Assembly (NCBI GenBank): GCA_902783255.1
Contig: CACZQB010000038.1
Coordinates: 5,458-69,457 of the forward strand
DNA: 64,000 bases
Direction: 5' to 3'
Source of the DNA: Oscillospiraceae bacterium
Lineage (GTDB): Bacteria > Bacillota > Clostridia > Oscillospirales > UBA644
Shown: positions 58,073 through 64,000 of the stretch, piece by piece
How the letters are laid out: each line of letters starts with the position of its first letter
Numbering within the stretch: position 1 is the stretch's first letter
Notes under the pieces: generated by a model
What the model was told of the DNA's origin: nothing
What the model saw: only the letters and a program-made list of their open reading frames with translations
The model's database searches: none
Made by a program: the position numbers and the translations under genes

Positions 58073-58818
58073 AGAAGTATCTGAATGCATTTTTTATGTG
58101 TTTTACCATGTTCTGCGCCATTCCCAGTTCTTTTCATAACTGGGACGAGGAATCAAGACCGCTTATGACGCTTTTTCTTCCATTTGTCGGAGCCTGGATA
58201 GGACTTTTATGGGCTTTGGCAGCAATCGCAATATCATATTTCAATATCCCTCTTCTCGTAGGAGCAATCATTCTCACCGCATTTCCTATTATTATTACAG
58301 GCGGTATGCATATGGACGGGTATCTTGATGTTGTAGACGCTGTAAAATCATGGCGGGACATTGAAGAAAAAAGACGGATACTTAAAGATCCTCATGTCGG
58401 ATCATTTGCCGTCATTTCGGCTGTGATCATGATATTGACGCAATTCGCGCTCTTTGCATCTGCCAGTGAAACGGCAAACCCGTTTACGCTTATCATTATA
58501 CCGACAGTTTCACGATGCATGGCGGCTATATGCGTTACACTGCTAAGACCGTTGTCCGTAAGCGAATATTCGGGAGCATACAGAAAAGGAATAAAAAAAT
58601 CGCATATAGTTTTTCTGTTCACTCTTTTCGCTGTTACAGTCGCCGCAGGCTTCTTTTTTCTCGGGAAATACGGTTTTGCGTCACTTGCGGTATGCGCAGG
58701 ATACCTTCTTTTCCTCTTTCGGGCATTTCGTTCGCTTGACGGTATGTCCGGAGATATTTCCGGCTATTCTCTTGTTTTCGGCGAGCTTTGCGGAATAGCC
58801 GTATACGCTTTGATTTAG
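58069..58818 (+). CDS. cobS: Adenosylcobinamide-GDP ribazoletransferase (cobalamin synthase)
   Basis: Membrane protein with GGMHMDGYLDVVD. The likely GTG start at 58069 overlaps the cobU stop and follows AAGGGGAGGA. The track start is 58027. Confidence 0.85.
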   Translation: MKKYLNAFFMCFTMFCAIPSSFHNWDEESRPLMTLFLPFVGAWIGLLWALAAIAISYFNIPLLVGAIILTAFPIIITGGMHMDGYLDVVDAVKSWRDIEEKRRILKDPHVGSFAVISAVIMILTQFALFASASETANPFTLIIIPTVSRCMAAICVTLLRPLSVSEYSGAYRKGIKKSHIVFLFTLFAVTVAAGFFFLGKYGFASLAVCAGYLLFLFRAFRSLDGMSGDISGYSLVFGELCGIAVYALI

Positions 58819-58832
58819 GAGGACATATAATA

Positions 58833-59210
58833 ATGAATTTAATAATCGGCGGTGCCTACCAGGGTAAGCTTGAATATGCAAAAAATAAATATAAACTTGA
58901 TGATTCCGATATTTATACCTGCTCTGAAAACGAATCGATATCTTTTGACGGAAAATGTATAAATGCCATTCAGGAATATACGCTTTATTGCGTTAAAAAT
59001 TCCGTTGATGCCGTCGGGGTGTTCAAGGCAAACAGAGAAAGGTGGCAAAGCAGCGTTCTTATATGCAATGATATCTTTTGCGGCGTTGTTCCTCTGGGAG
59101 CGGATATGCGCGCATGGCGTGAAACAACGGGTCGTCTTTGCGCATATCTCTCATCTCAGGCAGACACCGTTGAAAGGATTTTTTGCGGACTGGAGCAGAA
59201 GCTTAAATGA
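58833..59210 (+). CDS. Short CobU-like protein with an atypical P-loop
   Basis: About 125 aa from MNLIIGGAYQGKLEYA (GGAGGA RBS). The C-terminus ICNDIFCGVVPLGADMRAWRETTGRLCAYL resembles the CobU C-terminal region. The Walker A Ser/Thr is replaced by Leu. Confidence 0.6.
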   Translation: MNLIIGGAYQGKLEYAKNKYKLDDSDIYTCSENESISFDGKCINAIQEYTLYCVKNSVDAVGVFKANRERWQSSVLICNDIFCGVVPLGADMRAWRETTGRLCAYLSSQADTVERIFCGLEQKLK

Positions 59211-59779
59211 AACTTATTCTTATGCGCCACGGTAAAACCGAGGCAAACGAAAAAAGACTGTATTGCGGAAAAACAGATATATCGCTTTCGGATAAAGGGA
59301 AAAACGAGCTTTTGCAGAAAAAATCCGAAGTTCAATTCCCTGATATTTCCGGTATGAGCGTTATCACAAGCGGAATGAAAAGATGCGAAGAAACGCTTTA
59401 TGTTATTTACGGAATTGTTCCTCACTCTGCGGATGCTTCATTTTGCGAAATGGATTTCGGAAAATTTGAAATGCGCTCGTATGATGAAATGAAAAACGAT
59501 CCGGAATACATCGCATGGATAAGCGGCGACAACGAGGCAAACGTTGCGCCCGGCGGCGAAAGCGGCAACATGATGAAAAAGCGTGTTCTTGAAGGACTTC
59601 AAAGGATATTATCATCACAGAGCGATACTTTTCTTGTTACTCACGGCGGAGTTATTGCGGATATAATGGAGTTTCTTTTCAGCAGTGAGAATAAAAACCG
59701 ATACGAATGGCAGCCACAGGCAGGCGGCGGCTATATTTTAGATATCACAGAGAGCGGCAATTCATATAAAGCATTTTAA
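59207..59779 (+). CDS. cobC: Alpha-ribazole-5'-phosphate phosphatase (histidine phosphatase family)
   Basis: 190 aa with the LMRHGKTEAN catalytic RHG motif. Last gene of the operon. Confidence 0.8.
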   Translation: MKLILMRHGKTEANEKRLYCGKTDISLSDKGKNELLQKKSEVQFPDISGMSVITSGMKRCEETLYVIYGIVPHSADASFCEMDFGKFEMRSYDEMKNDPEYIAWISGDNEANVAPGGESGNMMKKRVLEGLQRILSSQSDTFLVTHGGVIADIMEFLFSSENKNRYEWQPQAGGGYILDITESGNSYKAF

Positions 59780-59784
59780 AAAAA

Positions 59785-59819
59785 ACCTCTTTTGCTATAA
59801 TCAGCAAAAGAGGTTTTTT
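59785..59819. terminator. Bidirectional rho-independent terminator between cobC (+) and GH3 (-)
   Basis: ACCTCTTTTGCT (59785-59796) pairs perfectly with AGCAAAAGAGGT (59803-59814). A T5 run follows and an A-run precedes. Confidence 0.85.
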
Positions 59820-59835
59820 CTGTCATTTTTTAATA

Positions 59836-62445
59836 TCAGACGATCATAAAATCGGATTGGAGCGGCAGATCGCTTGAACTTCTTCCAACCATCACTCTCA
59901 TCTGTCCGGGTTCAACCACCCACTCAAATTTCGGGTTCAGCGTTCTGAAAGCAAGAGTGCCGAGTTCTATTTCCACATGCTTTGTTTCTCCCGCCTTTAT
60001 AGCAACTCTTTCAAAACCTTTCAGCTCTAAATCGGGTTTTACAACCGATGCAAAGTAGTCTCTAACATAAACCTGCGCTACTTCTTCTCCGTCAACATTT
60101 CCCGTATTCGTAATATTGAAAGATACCTTCAGAGTTTCGTCGGTTTTGATTTCATTTTTGGAAAGCTGCAGATCCGAATATTCAAAAGTCGTATACGAAA
60201 TACCGTAACCGAATGGGAAAAGAGGCTCTCTGTCTATTCCCTCAACATATCTCTTGCAGCCGGCTGGTCGCTTGCTGTAATATACAGGTATCTGACCGAG
60301 ATGTTTCGGGAACGATATCGGAAGTCTACCTGCCGGATTTACTTTTCCGAAAAGAACGTCTGCGATCGCACGTCCTCCGAGTTCTCCTGCAAAAAATGCC
60401 TGAACGATTGCGGGTATATGCTCGTTTTCCCACATCAGCGTCAATGGACGTCCGCTCTGTAAAACGAGAACAACAGGCGTTCCTGTTTCATAGATGGCTT
60501 TCAGGAATTCCGGCTGTTTTCCCGGAAGATTGAGATCGCATCTGTCAAAGTTCTCTCCCGTTGTGATCTGCGGACAGTCGCCTAACGATACTATCGCAAC
60601 GTCGGCACCTTTTACGGCATTTATAGCTTCATTGATATCCGCGGTTTTTTTCTGCCAGCCTAAAAGGACCTGAGGTCCGCGCTCATCGTTTCTGTATTCT
60701 ATTCTGATTTTATAATCTTTTTTCTCGAATTTGAACGGAACGAGCGAGTCGCCCTTTTTGTCGCCCCATGCATCGATTATGAGCTTATCGTCTATCCAGA
60801 GTTTTATGCTGTCTTTGCAATAAAATCCGATATACGCATCTTCATCATACGGAAATGCGATCGTTCCGGTCCATATCGCAGAGAATCGCGAATCAACGCA
60901 ATCTGCGACCTTATTGGCTATGAAACTGAATTCTATACAACGTTCATTAACTTCAAGAACAGGTTTTCCTACAGGTGCATCTGGATTGTTGAAGTATTGA
61001 CCCTTAAGCTCTTTGAACCACTCATCCGGTATCCTTTCAAGAGTAAGATCCTTAAATTCGCAACCCTTTGCATATACAACTTCGGTCTCGTCACCGACTA
61101 TCTCCTTAACTGAACTTAAAAGGGTGATTTTATCGTATCCCGAACTGTCAACAGTGTAATCGCCGAAATTCAGCTTGTCTGCAGTCGGACCTACTACCGC
61201 TATTTTTTTCAATCCTTTTTTCAGAGGCAGAAGACCGTTTTCGTTTTTCAGCAGGGTGACCGATTTAGCCGCAATACGGTATGCAAGGTCTTTGTGGGCG
61301 TCACAGTGGAAAACTTTTTCTTCAAGGCTTTCATCTATATACGGATTTTCGAAAAGACCGAGATCGAACTTAACTCTCAGCACTCTCGCAACGGCGGTAT
61401 CGAGAGTTTCCTGTGCGATTATTCCTTTTTTGACCAGATCAACTATTGTTCCCTGATAAAACTCATTTGTAAAGTCGTAAAGCTGAACATCCGTTCCGGC
61501 TTCAAGAGCCATTTTTATAGCGTCTTCTTTCGTCGCCGCAACTTTATGCTCTTCGTGAAGCATCGAAATAGCGCACATATCCGAGCGGACAAATCCCCGC
61601 ATGCCCCATTGGCCTCTCAGAACATCCGTAAGAAGTTCATGGTCAGAGGGGAGGGGCTGACCGTCTACAGAACTGTATGAACACATTACGTTGTATGCTC
61701 CGGCATCCTTGACCGCAGCTTCAAAAACAGGCTGACAGTATTCAAAAACCTCATGCCTTCCCATTGCTGCGGGAGCGCAGTTATGACCGCCTATCGGCGC
61801 ACCGTATGCGGTGTAGTGTTTGAGCCCGGCGGCAACTTTGTCCGGCTTTGATATGTCGTCTCCCTGCATTCCTTTTACAATATAATAAGCAAATCTTGAA
61901 GAGTGGTATGTATCTTCCCCGAAGTTTTCTTCCGTTCTGCCCCACCTTGGCTCTCTCGCAAGGTCACATACGGGATTCCATGTTTCCTGAATACCGCAGG
62001 CTCTTGCTTCTCTTGCTATTGCTGCGCCCATCTCTTCACCGAGCGAAGGATCAAAAGTTGAACCGAGCGCGATCTGCTGCGGAAAAACAGTCGCGCCTAT
62101 TTTGCCGTAGCCGTGAAGAGCTTCTTCGCAGCAAAGGAACGGAATACCCAGTCTCGTTTCGTTTACCGCATAGTGCTGTAAATCATTATACAGTTTTGCA
62201 TTGCTTTCTCTTAACTGGATTATTCCGTACGGATTGTCTCCCATTGCTTTTTTCAGATTTTCATAATTAAGAACAAGCTTTCCGGTTTTCTGATCTTTTC
62301 TCGTGATACCTGAAGCCCAGTATGCATTAACATCGGGCGAGTATGATTCGTCTATCTGTCTTGCTTTTTCTTCAAGAGTCATTCTTGAAATCAAATCAGC
62401 AATTCTTTCTTCAACCGGTAAAGAACTGTCTTTGTATTTTATCAT
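59836..62445 (-). CDS. bglX: GH3 beta-glucosidase (BglX-like) with an inserted PA14 domain
   Basis: I moved the start to MIKYKDSSLPVEERI (62445), which has an AAGGAGAAG RBS. Has the GH3 block GFVRSDM. A PA14-like insert (about YFNNPD...RIEYRNDERGPQVLLGWQ) sits between the GH3 domains. Confidence 0.85.
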   Translation of the reverse strand: MIKYKDSSLPVEERIADLISRMTLEEKARQIDESYSPDVNAYWASGITRKDQKTGKLVLNYENLKKAMGDNPYGIIQLRESNAKLYNDLQHYAVNETRLGIPFLCCEEALHGYGKIGATVFPQQIALGSTFDPSLGEEMGAAIAREARACGIQETWNPVCDLAREPRWGRTEENFGEDTYHSSRFAYYIVKGMQGDDISKPDKVAAGLKHYTAYGAPIGGHNCAPAAMGRHEVFEYCQPVFEAAVKDAGAYNVMCSYSSVDGQPLPSDHELLTDVLRGQWGMRGFVRSDMCAISMLHEEHKVAATKEDAIKMALEAGTDVQLYDFTNEFYQGTIVDLVKKGIIAQETLDTAVARVLRVKFDLGLFENPYIDESLEEKVFHCDAHKDLAYRIAAKSVTLLKNENGLLPLKKGLKKIAVVGPTADKLNFGDYTVDSSGYDKITLLSSVKEIVGDETEVVYAKGCEFKDLTLERIPDEWFKELKGQYFNNPDAPVGKPVLEVNERCIEFSFIANKVADCVDSRFSAIWTGTIAFPYDEDAYIGFYCKDSIKLWIDDKLIIDAWGDKKGDSLVPFKFEKKDYKIRIEYRNDERGPQVLLGWQKKTADINEAINAVKGADVAIVSLGDCPQITTGENFDRCDLNLPGKQPEFLKAIYETGTPVVLVLQSGRPLTLMWENEHIPAIVQAFFAGELGGRAIADVLFGKVNPAGRLPISFPKHLGQIPVYYSKRPAGCKRYVEGIDREPLFPFGYGISYTTFEYSDLQLSKNEIKTDETLKVSFNITNTGNVDGEEVAQVYVRDYFASVVKPDLELKGFERVAIKAGETKHVEIELGTLAFRTLNPKFEWVVEPGQMRVMVGRSSSDLPLQSDFMIV

Positions 62446-62471
62446 TATCGTTTCTTCTCCTTTTTTTCTAA

Positions 62472-62500
62472 ATGATAGCATAATAATCTTTTTTTGTCAA
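62472..62500 (-). promoter_or_regulatory. Sigma-70-type promoter for the GH3 gene
   Basis: On the - strand: TTGACA (complement of 62495-62500), a 17-nt spacer, TATCAT (complement of 62472-62477), preceded by TGc. Confidence 0.5.
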
Positions 62501-62587
62501 GAAAAAATCCGGTTATTTTTTTATCTGATAATTGTTTTTATATAGTCGATGCATAGCGGGATCTCCAATGTAAACTATTGACTTACA

Positions 62588-62616
62588 TTGACAAAAGCTT
62601 TTTTTTATGATATATT
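62588..62616 (+). promoter_or_regulatory. Sigma-70-type promoter for lipoprotein 62659->64000
   Basis: TTGACA (62588-62593), 17 nt, TATATT (62611-62616), preceded by TGa (extended -10). Confidence 0.6.
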
Positions 62617-62658
62617 ATAAACAGAATGTATACTGCGACTTTTAAAAGGAGAAACGAA

Positions 62659-64000
62659 ATGAAAAAAATAGTGGCTTTATTTATGATTGCTGTGTTTTTT
62701 CTTTCCGCATGCGGCACATCCGACGTTGAGATCGTTCCCGAATATGATATATCTTCAAATTCCACAGATCTTGGCGGTTTTACGTTGGACTGGGGCTTTT
62801 CAATGAGCGTATACAGTGAAAATACGGATAACGTTTTCGGTTATATTCCAGGAACGGAGTTTGCCGATACGGTGAGTGAGAGAAAAAAACAGGTCGAAAA
62901 CGACCTGAACTGTAAAATCTCCATTTTCAACGATTCAAATTCATCGGTTATCCGTTCAAAGCTGAATGCCGCAATAGCCGGAGGCGCTCATCTTTTCGAT
63001 CTTGCAACAGCAGACAGCAGTGCGATCTCTCCGTTTGCGAGAGCAGGCTCTCTTTACGGTCTCACATCGCTTCTTGATGTGGAAAACACAGATAAATGGG
63101 GCACTCCAAGCATGCTTATGCCAATGCTCTGGAAAAATGATCTTTACGGCGTTCTTCCTTTCGCATGGCCAAATCTCCTTTACTCTTTTGCCGGTCATAT
63201 TATTGCGGTAAATGAAAATATAATATCAAGATTGGGCGAGCCTGATCCGAGAGAATATGTTGAAGCGCTTGAATGGACATGGGATAAATTTGAAGAATGC
63301 CTCGTAAAATACGCATATCAGGAATCTGACAGAACGGTATACGCATTTCAGAGCCATCCGGATTATTTCGCAATGAATATGTCTCTTTCAAACGGAGTTT
63401 CCATGGTGTATGCCGAAGACGGAGATGTATCTGTCGGAATTTACACCGAGGCAGGAAGAGAGGCACTTGAACGCGCGCAGGCGATTTATCTCCGCGACGG
63501 CAAGCCGTATATTCATCCGAGCAATACAACGGCAAGCGGGGAGCTGCTTGTCAACGGAGAAGCCGTTATGATATCTACAGGTCACGGAAGTCTGATATCA
63601 ACGGCAGGTTCGATCCTATATGTTATGGATAATGTCGGCGTTCTTCCGTTTCCTCAGGGACCAAGGGCAACGCCCGGTGTTTATCCGTCATATTACCAGC
63701 AGATCCCGTATGTTACAACGATCCCTATAACATCAAACGATCCTCAGGCTGCCGCATTGATTTTATCTGCGATGTATGAACCTTTTGAAGGACTCGAAAA
63801 TAAAGATGCTATTGCGGATTACATGAATAAACAGATATTCTTTGATGACCGGGATGCGTATATCATTATAAATATGATCGAGCACACAGAATACAATTAT
63901 TTCTGGGAAGGCGGAAGAGACGGCATAGCTAACGTTATTTCGAGCGGCAAACCTGTATCGTATGTTCTTGAATCCTACGAATCTGCATATCAGCAGCTGA
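62659..64000 (+). CDS. Orphan lipoprotein, solute-binding-protein-like, paralog family member 3 (3' end beyond the window)
   Basis: Absent from the ORF track because it has no stop inside the window. ATG at 62659 follows AAAGGAG. My hand translation, MKKIVALFMIAVFFLSACGTSD..., stays open for 447 codons and is colinear with 29318-30712 (EKWGTP, AVNENII..LGEPDPREYVE..EWTWDKFEE, YTEAGREALERAQ, MDNVGVLPFPQGP). Confidence 0.8.
   Translation, partial: MKKIVALFMIAVFFLSACGTSDVEIVPEYDISSNSTDLGGFTLDWGFSMSVYSENTDNVFGYIPGTEFADTVSERKKQVENDLNCKISIFNDSNSSVIRSKLNAAIAGGAHLFDLATADSSAISPFARAGSLYGLTSLLDVENTDKWGTPSMLMPMLWKNDLYGVLPFAWPNLLYSFAGHIIAVNENIISRLGEPDPREYVEALEWTWDKFEECLVKYAYQESDRTVYAFQSHPDYFAMNMSLSNGVSMVYAEDGDVSVGIYTEAGREALERAQAIYLRDGKPYIHPSNTTASGELLVNGEAVMISTGHGSLISTAGSILYVMDNVGVLPFPQGPRATPGVYPSYYQQIPYVTTIPITSNDPQAAALILSAMYEPFEGLENKDAIADYMNKQIFFDDRDAYIIINMIEHTEYNYFWEGGRDGIANVISSGKPVSYVLESYESAYQQL

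Noticed and set aside
62583-62765. 60-aa ORF on the - strand between GH3 and the lipoprotein gene. Several - strand ORFs at 62956-63585 fall in the same category.
   Set aside because: They overlap the promoter, signal peptide or body of the + strand lipoprotein gene. That gene's reading frame is confirmed by colinearity with its paralog at 29318-30712.
1-64000. Window-wide search for CRISPR arrays, transposases or integrases, prophage genes, restriction-modification, toxin-antitoxin or other defence modules.
   Set aside because: I saw no spaced direct repeats, no recombinase, nuclease or methylase motifs, and no short paired ORFs with TA-like features. Every sizeable ORF is accounted for by capsule, housekeeping, B12 or glycan-related functions.

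Overview
This 64-kb window looks like a Firmicutes (Clostridia-like) chromosome, judged from gene content, lipoboxes and RBS style. I found no rRNA or tRNA genes, no CRISPR array, no transposase or integrase, and no recognisable defence or toxin-antitoxin genes.

The window has four blocks:

1. 58-23372 (+ strand) is a Wzx/Wzy-type capsular polysaccharide locus. It holds CpsB/C/D-type phosphoregulators, CapD, an LCP ligase, a monotopic phosphoglycosyl transferase, an FnlA/B/C (CapE/F/G) L-FucNAc set, WecB/WecC for ManNAcA, three glycosyltransferases, Wzy, Wzx and a pyruvyl transferase. It also carries two paralogous NahK-like hexosamine kinases and an FNT-family channel.

2. 23447-38017 (mostly - strand) holds housekeeping and accessory genes: plsY, a DAK2/YloV-like gene, degV, an alpha/beta hydrolase, aqpZ, cstA, a GNAT, VanZ, an AlkD-like gene, mscS and a DIP1984-family gene. 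A decayed 2-hydroxyacid dehydrogenase pseudogene and two members of an orphan lipoprotein family are also here.

3. 38359-59779 (+ strand) is one tightly packed 22-gene operon. It opens with a surface module and continues with cbiA-C-D-F-G-H-J/ET-B, cobD, cbiP, cobO, cobT, cobU, cobS, a cobU-like gene and cobC. The surface module consists of:
   - a lipoprotein-anchored CbiK-family chelatase;
   - a two-domain lipoprotein of unknown function;
   - two tandem BtuF/FecB-type binding proteins;
   - a FecCD permease;
   - an ABC ATPase with an extra C-terminal domain.

4. 59836-64000 holds a PA14-containing GH3 beta-glucosidase (-) and a third, 3'-truncated orphan lipoprotein paralog (+) that the ORF track does not list.

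The most unusual content is the exported CbiK plus unknown lipoprotein at the head of a B12 operon. That operon has no cbiL, no cytoplasmic chelatase and no visible cobalamin riboswitch. I see nothing that convincingly amounts to a new defence-type system. All functional calls come from motif and family recognition by eye, without database searches.
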